This document shows positions 49,337 to 61,170 of a stretch of 64,000 bases of DNA, piece after piece. The stretch comes from Felis catus. Taxonomy: Eukaryota. The notes under the pieces are model-generated. The model saw only the letters and a program-made list of their open reading frames with translations. It was not told the origin of the DNA and made no database searches. Each line of letters opens with the position of its first letter. Positions within the stretch are counted from its first letter, which is position 1. Both the position numbers and the translations under genes were made by a program. The DNA lies in assembly GCF_018350175.1 (NCBI RefSeq), contig NC_058373.1, positions 109,990,001-110,054,000 of the forward strand. Reading direction: 5' to 3'.

Positions 49337-49382
49337 TTCAGGAATCTTTTCTAGAAATTTCTAGAATAACTGTTTTCTAGAA
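49337..49382. promoter_or_regulatory. Candidate heat-shock element (HSF site)
   Basis: TTCtaGAAatTTCtaGAA at 49349-49366 (four in-phase inverted nGAAn units), plus flanking TTCagGAA and TTCtaGAA. Confidence 0.45.
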
Positions 49383-49609
49383 TACAAAGCCAGAAAAGTT
49401 TTCTGAAATTTTGTGTCAAGAGAGTATTTTTCTCATTTTGAAGATACAGATATACATGTTTCATAGCAAATCAATTGGAGACTTGACCTTGAACTAAATA
49501 ATACCTTATTCCCCATTTTGTTGTCATATCATTAAAATAAAAGCAAAAATGTTTCCCTTATTGCAGCAGAAAGATGCATTCACTATTTGAAATTTTAAAA
49601 ATGCAGATT

Positions 49610-50950
49610 AGGGGCGCCTGGGTGGCTCAGTCGGTTAAGTGCCCGACTTCAGCTCAGGTCATGATCTCACGGTCCGTGAGTTCGAGCCCCACGTCGGGCT
49701 CTGGGCTGACAGCTCAGAGCCTGGAGCCTGCTTCCGATTCTGTGTCTCCCTCTCTCTCTGACCCTCCCCTATTCATGCTCTGTCTCTCTCTGTCTCAAAA
49801 ATAAATAAACATTAAAAAAATTTTTTTTAAAAATGCAGAGTAAGCAAAAGGAAGGAAATAAAAATCACCCATAATTCCGTCATGAGAGATAATCTCCATT
49901 CAAATTTTATTTTTGAATTGAAAAACATCCTAAGTATAATAATCCAAAGCAAATGCCAAGATTTCTTTAAAAAAGGGAAATTCTCTAGTGTTTGAGGTTT
50001 TAGAGACACCAGAAGAATATTAAGATATATTGCCTAGGGGCGCCTGTGTGGCTCAGTCGGTTGAGTGGCTGACTTCAGCTCAGGTCATGATCTCACAGTT
50101 TGTGAGTTCAAGCCCCAAATCAGGCTCTGTGCTGACAGCTTGGAGCCTGGGGCCTGCTTCAGATTCTGTGTCTCCCTCTCTCTCTGCCGCTTCCCCGCTC
50201 GTGCTCTCTCTTTCTCAAAAATAAAATAAAAACATTAAAAAAAGTTTTCAAAAAATATATCTTGCCTAAGCAAGCCACAGTCGTTTCAAAATAGCTATGC
50301 CATTTATAGAAGTGTGCCTATTAGTTTATCTGAATTTTAAAAACATAATTCCACACCATTCCACTTGATTTTAGAATCTTTACTGCCAGTGCATTAATTT
50401 TTTACCCAGTCTTTGGTTGTGTGCCTGAAGCTGGTCTGTTATTTTCATTCTGATCCCTGGCTTTGTCACATAATTGTGTGTATCTTTTCTTTGAAAAGGA
50501 AAGGATTCCCTGGGAAGCCACAAGGAGCCCTTGGGAAGGGCTCTTCTGTGCTGATTCTAGCTGCACAGAGAAGACGGAACACAATGAGATGGGAGTTGGG
50601 CCGGAGACCCTGCGAGCCCTGTGAGCCCACGGCCACACCCTTCTTACTCTCTCTTAATAGTTGTATTAAGACAATATTTGGGTTAATAATCTACCGCTTT
50701 CAACTGAGTCAGTCTTTAAAGTTTGGTTTTACCTTTTTTTTTTTTTTTAATGTTTATTTACTTTTGAGAGAGAGAAAGCGTTTGCGTGCACAAGTTGGGG
50801 AGAGGCAGAGAGAGGGAGACACAATCCAAAGCAGGCTCCAGGCTCTGAGCTGTCGGCACAGAGCCCGATGCGGGGCTTGAGCCCACGAACTGTGAGATCG
50901 TGACCTGAGCCAAACTTGGAGGCTTAACCGACTGAGCCACCCAGGCACCC
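49610..50950. mobile_element. Three CAN-SINEs (+49610-49828; +50037-50250; -50735-50950)
   Basis: TSDs AAAAATGCAGA(T/G)TA, ATAT(A/C)TTGCCTA and TGGTTTT(T)AC(C/T)TTT. Confidence 0.88.
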
Positions 50951-51068
50951 CTGGTTTTACTTTTGGTGGACATATTTTAGAAACTCGAAGACATTTTTCA
51001 GTAAATAAAAAAAAAGTATTATCCTGTTAAGTTTATCCTATTAAAAACAGAAACCTCTCAGGCAAATC

Positions 51069-51396
51069 CAGTTAACCCTTGAGCAATATGGGGGTCAGGG
51101 GCGCTGATCCCCGCCTGCACCCCCACGCAGTTGAAAATACATGTATATCTTTTGACTTCCCCAAACGTAACTACTAATCCCCTACTGTTGACTGGAAGCC
51201 TTACTGATAACATAACCAGTTGATTAACACATATTCTATATGCTATGTTAATATATACTATATTCTTGCAATAAAGTCAGCTAGAGAAAAAGGAAATGTT
51301 AAGAAAAATATAAAGAAGAGAAAATGTATTTCCAGTGCTGCACTGTAAACAATCTCTGTGTAAGTGGGCCTGTGTAGTTCAAACCTGTGTCAACTG
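51069..51396. mobile_element. Tigger2/MER28-type TcMar MITE
   Basis: Starts CAGTTAACCCTTGAGCAA and ends GTCAACTG followed by TA; internal CCTACTGTTGACTGGAAGCCTTACTGATAACATAA typical of Tigger2a. Confidence 0.82.
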
Positions 51397-51949
51397 TAGT
51401 TGTTTTAAGGTCTAGCCTTTTTTTTTTTTTTTAATGAATACAGTTTTTTTTTTCAACTTTAATATGCGATATAGTGAATCTCACATACCAGTTTAGCACA
51501 GGAACACTTGATTCTCTGGTTATCAATTTGTTCTCTGTTCTGTTTTTAGTTTAAATTCTTTCCCCTTCATTTAATACTTTATGGTTGATTGATAGTGAAT
51601 GACAATGAGTGATTCTCAGGTACATTCTTATTAACTTCAAGGTCTTGTTCAAATAATGTTAATGGGACCATTTGGAGTGAAATGCCGTTTTGTGATAAGT
51701 GCACTCCTGACGGCCCCATCTGTCTCTAGCTTTGAGTGTGGGATGGGTCTCTTCCTTTGCTTGTACGGTGCCTTCTACATACATTCCTTCGAGGATCTCA
51801 CTCAATATTATGTTCATTTGTCATCCCCAGGAGATTGAATTCCTTGAGAGCAGGAACTAGCACATATAAACAGTTGCTGAGTAAATGCATGAAAGAAAGA
51901 ATAAACAAAATATGGCAGTTTCAGCTAGCTCGATAAGACATCAAAATGT

Positions 51950-52400
51950 TTTGGTAAAGAGCATAGACTCTGAAGCCAGAACCCCTTAGATTCAAATCTT
52001 CGTTCCATCATTTATTAGCTATGTGTCCATAGACAGCTGTATGTGACATTTTTTTTTAAACGTTTATTTATTTTTGAGACAGAGAGAGACAGAGCATGAA
52101 TGGGGGAGGGTCAGAGAGAGGGAGACACAGAATCTGAAACAGGCTCCAGGCTCTGAGCGGTCAGCACAGAGCCCGACACGGGGCTCGAACTCACGGACCG
52201 CGTGATCATGACCTGAGCCGAAGTCGGACGCCCAACCGACTGAGCCAGGCGCCCCTTGTTTTGGTTTTTCAAATATGGGGGTAATTAGACTACCCAACCC
52301 TTACAGGTGTTACAGATTAAATGAGGCTGTATGTGCAAAGTGCTTAGAACAGTGCCTGTATATGTTAAGTGCTATGTAAGTGTTTGCTACTATTGTTATT
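51950..52400 (+). mobile_element. MIR interrupted by a CAN-SINE (- 52049-52255)
   Basis: AAGAGCATAGACTCTGAAGCCAGA... resumes as ...AAAGTGCTTAGAACAGTGCCTG...TGTTTGCTACTATTGTTATT. Confidence 0.82.
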
Positions 52401-52909
52401 AACCCCCCCCTTAAGAAAATAGTCCTGGCGGGGAATAGTGGATGCCCTTAGGAAAGTCATTCTAGAATTCAGTTTTTCTCCTGTCATCATGAAGAAGTGC
52501 TTTGTCTTCACTTGGGGTTCAGGAGCCCTCGGGTATGGGAAGGGGTAGCCCTCGTTACGTCAAAAGCGGAGAACATTGGTACCTTCGTCAGTTGTCAGGC
52601 TGCACCGGCTCACTTGAGCTGGCAAACAGCTTTTCATTTTGGTTAGGAGCATATCGGCAAAGTATTGTAGCACCGTTAACTCAAGCGGTCTCTGATTCAT
52701 CTTAATACCGAGGATAAAACAAATTAGCTGTTAATTGACAAGGATAGTTTATTCGGTGCGTAAAATCTTTAACAACAGTGATCCGTGGGAGAGATAATAA
52801 GGGAATTTTGGATGATAAACAGGAGTGGGGAAGATACAATTGAGAGTTGTTGGGTTTTGGGTTTTTTTTTTTTTTTGGCAATTTCTAAGATTTTATTAAA
52901 ATGGGTTTT

Positions 52910-53325
52910 TTAAAGTTTATTTTGAGAGAGAAAAAGAGCTCCCGCACGTAAGTGCAGAAGGGAGAAAGTGCAAAGAGAGAGAATCCCAAGCAGCCTCTGC
53001 ACTGTCAGTGCAGAACCCACACCTGGCCCCATCTCATGAACCGGGAGATCATGACCTGAGCTGAAATCAAGGGTCAGACCCTTAACCAACTGAGCCACAC
53101 AGGCGCCCCATTAACATGAGTTTTTAAATATTTTTTAACGTTTATTTATTTTTGAGAGAGAGACAGAATGTGAGCAGGGGAGGGGCAGAGAGAGAAGTCA
53201 GAGTCTGAAGCAGGCTCCAGGCTCGAGCTGTCAGCACAGAGCCGGACGTAGGGGGTCGAACTCATAAACCATGAGATCATAACCCGAGCTGAAGTAGGAT
53301 GTCTGACTGAGCCACCCAGGCGCCC
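52910..53325 (-). mobile_element. Two CAN-SINEs (52910-53109; 53129-53325) in the UBL5 pseudogene 3'UTR
   Basis: Three copies of target TTAA(C/A)AT(G/A)(A/G)GTTTTTAAA. Confidence 0.9.
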
Positions 53326-53433
53326 TTAACATAAGTTTTTAAAAACAAGCATCCACACCAATGTGGGAGTGAGGATGGGAGAAGAGCGCAGGGCAGGGCA
53401 GGGCAGAGCAAGACAGGGGGAAGGAATTGTGCT

Positions 53434-53648
53434 CTATTGATACTAAAGCTCCAGGTTCATCCTACCGTGGATTTCTTATTCCCCAGAGACACGTGGTCCT
53501 TAAAAATTGTGTACCACTTCTTCAGGATGATCTTGTTACAATGGGTGCCATTTTGGGCTGTGATCAGCTTCTTAAGGTCCCTGATGGATGTTATCAGTGT
53601 AGCGGGGACCTTCTTCCCCAGCCGGTCATTACAAACAACCTCGACCAT
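53434..53648 (-). pseudogene. UBL5: UBL5 (Hub1) coding remnant, disabled
   Basis: [14 protein letters not shown]...[33 protein letters not shown], then frameshifted MNLEL*YQ*; 215 nt versus 222 for the 73-aa protein (net 6-nt loss, 1-nt frameshift, premature TAG). Confidence 0.95.
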
Positions 53649-55614
53649 CCTGTCTGGAGCTGGAAACTCCTGGCACCCGCCGATGCCACAGCCTCCTTGC
53701 CCTGGAGCCAAAAGATTTTTGAAGACTGTCTGTTGCATTGACTGATTTTTCAAAATCGAATGATTTTTATTCTTTGTGTAAAGTGATCTGTTGGATACGA
53801 TTGATTTTATCTAGCTGTTGGCCTCAGGTATATTTATTTTTGGTTGTCTCCTTCCCAATATTTTATTATAAAGAATTTCTAATATACACGAACGGAAAAG
53901 GATTTTACAGTGAACATCTTTGATAGGCTGAACACATAGATTCTACCACTAATGTTTTGCTCTCCTTGCTTGATCAGGTATCTGTGTATTTACCCATTTT
54001 TCTATCCATTCCCTAATACATTTTATGTTTTTATATATTTGGTTAGGTTTACTTGATAAGAAGGTCATCTGTATGGGAAAAGTCAAGTTTTTCAGCCCCT
54101 AAGATGCTAACAGTGCCATATACATACCCGAAGCAATAAAGAATTGCACAGTTAGAATTCCTCTTACTGGCAGGATTCTTTAAGGATCAGAGTGGGGATA
54201 GAGAAAGAGATGTGTGGAAAAGTAAGTACTTGGGAAAATAATTGAATGTAATAGGTAGCTTCATCAAAACGTTCTTTTTCATATAGTTTATTTTTTAGTT
54301 TCACTTTGCAAGCTCAAGCTCAGTTGTTATTGTTTCCAGTAAATGGCAACATTTACGGAGCAGAAGAGGAACTAAAACTTCATAGACTTTAATAACTTTA
54401 TGAAAAACTTTATAAACTTTATAAAAAGTTACAAAGACAATGCTTGCAGGTTCAAGTTCACAATAAAGTACACACAAGCACCTAAGATGTCCGTTTGTGT
54501 CAACTTTCCGTCCCCTAAACAAGTTCCGGAATCTAATTGGGTAGCTTTTCTTTTCCCCACTGGTATAGAATCCACCCTGCTAGCTCTTTGGGAGTCCTGC
54601 CAGCAACTCGAATAGGTCACAGGGCAAAATCTTGATTATGATTCAAAAAAGAAGGCGTAGTCTTCTTTTCCTCATGAACTAAGGAAACACTCACCAGAAA
54701 ACTGCCTCTTGTGGGAGGGCAGCTTTTGTTTGCTGTTGCTTTCGGGGGGTCATGTCTATTAGAGATGCAGAGTTGCAGAGTCACTAATGAGCATTTATCC
54801 CTTTTACTTTTAGTTCACTTCTTTAACTGAGATGGACATGATATAATCTCGTGAGTCAAAGGATGGCGTCTAGTCCTGTGCTCCCCACCGAGGATGAACA
54901 GGTTTCCTTGGGCATCGATGGTCGCCATATTACACTGCAAGGTAATTACGGTTGGGTGGGTTAACACCCATCGCAACTGTGGAAACCTTACCCTCATCTG
55001 GTCTCAAATCCTACCGCTTTCTGCCTCTCTTCAGTATTTTTCCAATTGTAGAACCTTGCAGTATGTGTACATGTCTTTACTGCTACCTCAGCAGTCTAAG
55101 AGAGTAAGAAATACCTGGAAGGAATTCGGTATCTTGGTTTCTCACTCTTGAGTGTATGCATTTCATTTGTAGTGAAAATAGTTAACCATGGTTTGCTTGG
55201 AATTGTTTGCACTCATTTTGCATCTTTTTTGCATAGCCTCTTTTAAATGTACATCCTTATATTGTCCAAATAGAAAAGAATAGTAGTAGTATTATAAGTG
55301 AATGACCTTTCAATCATATGAATCGTGTGTGCATTTATGCAGACCCAGTACTGACTGTGTTTTTTTTAGTGCTTCTTGTGGAGTCTGGCAATATTTGTTT
55401 TGCACTTTGAAAATTCATTAGACTTTTCACCCTTGTTGATAAAACAAATCTTGGAGCTGAGTAAAGTTAGCTAGTGTAGAAGAAATAAAGCTATGGTAAG
55501 CCTTTGAAAATATTTATGAGACTATGTTATTTTAAAGTAATCTTTAAGATTATGTAGGGCATTATACAAAATTCTTCGAATGTTACTTAGAAGCCATAGA
55601 TTTTGAGTCATTTT

Positions 55615-56340
55615 ATTTTGTGCTTTATTTTTTATTTTTTTAAAAAAATGTTTAATGTTTATTCATTTTTGAGAGAGAGACAGAGTGAGCGGACGAAGGG
55701 CAGAGAGAGAGGGGGACACGGAATCTGAAGCAGGCTCCAAGCTCTGAGCTGTCAGCACAGAGCCCGATGCGTGGCTTGAACTCACAGACTGCGAAATCAT
55801 GACCTGAGCTGAAGTCGGACGCTTAACCGACTGCGCCACCCGGGCCCCCTGTACTTTATTTTTTATTGAGGTATAATTGACCTACAACATCTTACTAGTT
55901 TCGGGTGTACAACATAATGATTTGATATTTATGTGTACTGTGAAATCATCACCACAGTAAGTTTGGTTAATATCATCATATATAATTACAGATTTTTTTT
56001 TCTTATCACGAGAACTGTTTAGATTTGCTCTCTTGGCAATTTTCTTTCCTTTTCTATTTTAATGTTTTTATGTTTGAGAGAGAGAGAGAGAGAGAGAGCA
56101 CGAGCAGGGGAAGGGCAGAGAGAGAGAGAGGGAGACACAGAATCTGAAGCAGGCTCCACGCTCTGAGCTGTCAGCACAGAGCCCGATGTGCGGCTTGAAT
56201 CCATGAACCGCAAGATCATGACCTGAGCCGAAGTCAGATGCCCAACTGACTGAGCCACCCAGGCACCCCTCTCTTAGCGATTTTCAAATATACTATACGG
56301 TATTATTAACTATAGCTGCTATGCTGTACATTACTTCTAT
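55615..56340 (-). mobile_element. L1 3' end with two CAN-SINEs (55625-55849 in the tail; 56040-56269 internal)
   Basis: TTTATTGAGGTATAATTGAC...TTTCAAATATACTATACGGTATTATTAACTATAG; TSDs TGT(G/A)CTTTATTTTTTA and CTCTCTT(G/A)GC(A/G)ATTT. Confidence 0.85.
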
Positions 56341-56475
56341 TTGAGTCTTTCGTGACTCCCCAAATGACTTTCTGATATTTTATTTTTAATTAGAAAAACA
56401 TGATTTGAATGATTAGCTTCTTGATATGGGGGTCAGATGCCTATTGCACTAGACTGTGCCTATATGTATCAGGCT

Positions 56476-57000
56476 TTTATTTTTATTTATTTTTATTTAT
56501 TTTTTTTAACATTTATTTATTTTTGAGACAGAGAAGACAGAGCATGAACAGGGGAGGGGCAGAGAGAGAGGGAGACACAGAATATGAAACAGGCTCCAGG
56601 CTCTGACCTGTCAGCACAGAGCCCGACGCGGGGCTCGAACTCGCATACCGCGAGATGGTGACCTGAGCCGAAGTCGGACGCTTAACCGACTGAGCCACCC
56701 AGGCACCCCTGTATCAGCCTTTTAAAAATAACTGTAATGTAATTTGCGTAGGCTAAGAAACATAATATGTTGAGGTAGTACTTGAGGTAAGAATTGTAAA
56801 GGTTTTCAGTAAGTATATTTTTTATAGTGTCATACAATATCCATAAGTAGCTGGAATAAGTGTGGGGGGGCTGGGTAGAATAGATGATGGGGATTAAAGA
56901 TCGTACTTGTGATGAGCACTGGGTGATGTACAGAACTATTGAACCACTATATGACACTGTATGTTAACTACGCTGGAATTTTATGTTAAATTAAAAAAAT
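56476..57000. mobile_element. CAN-SINE (-56476-56709) and a short + L1 3' end (~56860-57000)
   Basis: SINE TSD TGTATCAG(G/C)CTTTTA; L1 tail motif TGTGATGAGCACTGGGTGATGTA. Confidence 0.8.
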
Positions 57001-57099
57001 TTCATTCAACTGGAAAAAAAGAAAAGCCCTGATGTTTTCTTGTTTTTCTCTGAAGTTTTGGTGGCACGTGAGTAGGAGCTCATGTAGCCTGAAACATAT

Positions 57100-57809
57100 C
57101 AGGAAGAGAGTGCATCACTAAATAGTAACATAAATCTAATTTCTGTTTCTAGCTCTGGCACTTGCTAGTTCTTTGAACTTGGACAAAAGGCTTTATCTTT
57201 TTTGAATCTCAGTTTCCTCACACTTAAGATACGGATGGTGATGCCTGTGTTGCTTCTGTGTTTTGAAGGTGAACAATGATACATAACGCATTCAAAGGGC
57301 TTAGCTCAGTACCTGACACAGAGTATGAGTTTAATAAAGGCATTGTAACTTCTTTTCATTTTTTATTTATTTTTTATTTTTAAAGTTTATTTATTTATTT
57401 TGAGGGGCACCTGGGTGGCTCAGTCGGTTAAGCGTCCGACTTCGGCTCAGGTAATGATCTCGCAGTCTGTAGGTTCGAGCCTCGCGTTGGACTCTGTGCT
57501 GACAGCTCAGAGCCTGGAGCCTGTTTCATATTCTGTGTCTCCCTCTCTCTCTCTGACCCACCCCTGTTCATGCTCTGTCTCTCTCTGTCTCAAAAATCAA
57601 TAAACGTTAAAAAATTTTTTTTTTAAAGTTTATTTATTTATTTTGAGAGAGAGAGAGAGAGAGGCAGAGAAAGGGAGAGAGAATCCTAAGCAGGCTCCTA
57701 CTGTCAGTGCAGCGCCTGACATGGGACTCGAACTCACGAACTGTGAGATCATGCCCTGAGCTGAGATCGAGAGTTGGATGCTTGACCGACTGAGCCTCCC
57801 AGGTGCCCC
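57100..57809. mobile_element. MIR (57100-57345), then tail-to-tail SINE pair (+57404-57624; -57625-57809)
   Basis: Inner TSD AAAGTTTATTTATTTATTTTGA; outer TSD TGTAACTTCTTTT. Confidence 0.85.
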
Positions 57810-58409
57810 TGTAACTTCTTTTGATATATTTACAGTCAAAATCTTTGTCCCCAAAGACTTCTTGTCTATGAGCACACAGCTAGAGTAGAAACTGCTTAGT
57901 GTATAGAATAAAATTATAAACCAGAGTCTGGTTTTTACTGGTTTTTGGTTTTGTTTTGACATTTTTCTATTCAGTGGCTTCCCATCACATGTGGGATAGT
58001 CTAGACCTCTTGGTGTGGCTCACAGGCTCTTCCGGTCTGGTGCTCCTTTCTCTCTGCCCTCGTCTCCCATTTCACCCCCCATAAGCACCCTGTGCTCCGG
58101 CTGTATGGCTGCCTGAGGGTCCGTACTCCCCCTGCCTGTGTGCTTTCGTGCAGGCTGTCCTGCTGTAACCCCCCTCTCCTCTTTCTGCTGGAAGCAATCC
58201 AGCTCACCTATCCCTCGTGGATCCCTCATCCATCCCCAAATCAGCTGGACTCAGCCTCCTCCTTAGCCGTGCTCTCTCTTTGGCTGAGATTCACACTTCC
58301 TCCTCTGTTCTCCCGCAGAACTTATTTTAGCACTGATAGTATTACAATGATGATATCTCATAATGTTTTCTTCCCCACTGCAGTGCGTTCTAAGACTTCT
58401 ATATCATAG

Positions 58410-58600
58410 GCTGTAGCATGCACAGCACTCTTGTGCACATTCAGTCCTCACAACCACGTTGTGAGGTAGATGTTTTTATCTTAGAGGTACAGAGAGGATC
58501 GCTGTGGCTCAGGAAGATCGAATTACTTTCCCAGAGTCACACAGTGAGAGGCAGAGCTGGGCCTTGACCTGGAGGATTGTTTTCTTTCTACTGCACCACA
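58410..58600 (-). mobile_element. MIR
   Basis: TCCTCACAACCACGTTGTGAGGTAG...CCCAGAGTCACACAG...GCAGAGCTGGG. Confidence 0.7.
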
Positions 58601-59197
58601 CACCCCCTCGCATGTCGACACGTGTAGACATCTTTGAAGGAAGGAATTTCCCTAACATTCTCTTTGGAAAATCTACTTAAATCTTAACCTTATTCTAGTT
58701 AATCCATAGTGAACTTACACATCCAGAATATGGATGGGCATCTTCAAGTAACATTAATGATCTCAGGTTCTCAAATAGCTCAAAATAATTAGCAAGTTAC
58801 TAAGAATTGAGTGGTTTCTCATAGCATGTTTTGAATTATACTAGGCTAATAAAGTCTCCTTTACAATAAGAGATAAATATGGGCTGTTTGGCAATGGGAA
58901 TGTAATATACATGCACTGCCAGTGTGAATGATTTTTCTTTATGATCCATTCAGGGGAATGTAGTACTAGATGCATTGCTCTGTAGGGGGAGAGGAGGAAA
59001 GCCAATACTGTAATGTAATCAGATTTATACTGGGCAAGGGGTGCTCACATTAGCGAGGTACACTCAGGGATATCAACCGAGAGGTTCCCGTGACTGTAGA
59101 ATGAAAGCTTAACTGTGACATGAATACATTTCTCACGGTTAAGTTCTACATTATTATTAGTAGGTTTATAGTTCTCCTGGCTGAAGTTCTTTGAGTT

Positions 59198-59286
59198 GAA
59201 AGAAAGAAAGAAACAAAGAAAGAAAGAGGGAGAAAGGAAGGAAGGAAGGGTGAAGGGAGAAAAGAAGGGAGGGAGGGAAGAAGGAA
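59198..59286. repeat. Purine-rich (GAAA)n/(GGAA)n tract
   Basis: Direct reading. Confidence 0.88.
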
Positions 59287-59301
59287 CTTTTATGTATTTC
59301 T

Positions 59302-60937
59302 TTTTTTTTTTATTCTTTTTTTGGGTAATTTTTGTAATTCTGTTTTTTTAATTTACATCTAAATTAGCATATACTGCAACAATGATTTCAGGAGTAGATT
59401 CCTTAATGCCCCTTACCCATTTAGCCCACCCCCCCTCCCACAACCCTTCCAGTAACCCTCTGTTTGTTCTCCATATTTAAGAGTCTCTTCTGTTTTCCCC
59501 CTCCCTGTTTTTATATTATTTTTGCTTCCCTTCCCTTGTGTTCATCTGTTCTGTGTCTTAAAGTCCTCATATGAGTGAAGTCATATGATATTTGTCTTTC
59601 TCTGACTAATTTCGCTTAGCATACTACCCTCTAGTTCCATCCACATAGTTGCAAATGGCAAGATTTCATTCTTTTTGATTGCTGAATAATACTCCATTGT
59701 ATATATATTCCACATCTTCTTTATCCATTCATCCATCAATGGACATTTGGGCTCTTTCCATACTTTGGCTATTGTTGATAGTGCTGCTATAAACATTGGG
59801 GCTTTATATATTTCTTTTTTTTTTTTTTCCAACGTTTATTTATTTTTGGGACAGAGAGAGACAGACCATGAACGGGGGAGGGGCAGAGAGAGAGGGAGAC
59901 ACAGAATCGGATACAGGCTCCAGGCTTAGTTAGCATATACTGCAACAATGATTTCAGGAGTAGATTCCTTAATGCCCCTTACCCATTTAGCCCATCCCCC
60001 CTCCCACAACCCTTCCAGTAACCCTCTGTTTGTTCTCCATATTTAAGAGTCTCTTCTGTTTTGTCCCCCTCCCTGTTTTTATATTATTTTTGCTTCCCTT
60101 CCCTTGTGTTCATCTGTTCTGTGTCTTAAAGTCCTCATATGAGTGAAGTCATATGATATTTGTCTTTCTCTGACTAATTTCGCTTAGCATACTACCCTCT
60201 AGTTCCATCCACATAGTTGCAAATGGCAAGATTTCATTCTTTTTGATTGCTGAATAATACTCCATTGTATATATATTCCACATCTTCTTTATCCATTCAT
60301 CCATCAATGGACATTTGGGCTCTTTCCATACTTTGGCTATTGTTGATAGTGCTGCTATAAACATTGGGGCTTTATATATTTCTTTTTTTTTTTTTTCCAA
60401 CGTTTATTTATTTTTGGGACAGAGAGAGACAGACCATGAACGGGGGAGGGGCAGAGAGAGAGGGAGACACAGAATCGGATACAGGCTCCAGGCTTAGTTA
60501 GCATATACTGCAACAATGATTTCAGGAGTAGATTCCTTAATGCCCCTTACCCATTTAGCCCATCCCCCCTCCCACAACCCTTCCAGTAACCCTCTGTTTG
60601 TTCTCCATATTTAAGAGTCTCTTCTGTTTTGTCCCCCTCCCTGTTTTTATATTATTTTTGCTTCCCTTCCCTTGTGTTCATCTGTTCTGTGTCTTAAAGT
60701 CCTCATATGAGTGAAGTCATATGATATTTGTCTTTCTCTGACTAATTTCGCTTAGCATACTACCCTCTAGTTCCATCCACATAGTTGCAAATGGCAAGAT
60801 TTCATTCTTTTTGATTGCTGAATAATACTCCATTGTATATATATTCCACATCTTCTTTATCCATTCATCCATCAATGGACATTTGGGCTCTTTCCATACT
60901 TTGGCTATTGTTGATAGTGCTGCTATAAACATTGGGG
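59302..60937 (-). mobile_element. Carnivore L1 3' end (ORF2 C-terminus and 3'UTR), present in three tandem copies
   Basis: ORFs 59581, 60149 and 60717 all give MFIAALSTIAKVWKEPKCPLMDEWIKKMW...ILPFATMWMELEG (L1 ORF2 end). Confidence 0.92.
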
Positions 60938-61063
60938 CTTTATATATTTCTTTTTTTTTTTTTTTTCCAACGTTTATTTATTTTTGGGACAGAGAGAGAC
61001 AGACCATGAACGGGGGAGGGGCAGAGAGAGAGGGAGACACAGAATCGGAAACAGGCTCCAGGC
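59364..61063. repeat. Tandem triplication of a ~568-bp L1 + half-SINE unit
   Basis: TTAGCATATACTGCAAC recurs at 59364, 59930 and 60498; copies are nearly identical; junction CAGGC|TTAGTTAGC. Confidence 0.95.
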
Positions 61064-61170
61064 TCTGAGCCATCAGCCCAGAGCCCGACGTGGGGCTCGA
61101 ACTCACGGACCGCGAGATCGTGACCTGGCTGAAGTTGGACGCTTAACCGACTGCGCCACCCAGGCGCCCC
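60951..61170 (-). mobile_element. Complete young felid CAN-SINE
   Basis: TSD GGGG(C/A)TTTATATATTTCT (60934-60951 / 61171-61188). Confidence 0.93.

Larger units (their letters stand above)
52862..53700 (-). pseudogene. UBL5: Processed UBL5 retrocopy (5'UTR, CDS, 3'UTR split by two SINEs, poly(A))
   Basis: Intronless CDS remnant 53648-53434; 3'UTR-like sequence continues to AATAAA (52897-52892) and an A15 tail (52876-52862). The 5' limit is approximate. Confidence 0.88.

Noticed and set aside
53457..53753. 98-aa UBL5-like ORF as a functional gene
   Set aside because: Internal deletion, frameshift, premature stop, no introns and a poly(A) tail: a processed pseudogene.
59581..60932. Three near-identical small ORFs resembling a tandem gene array
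   Set aside because: L1 ORF2 C-terminal fragments copied by the tandem triplication.
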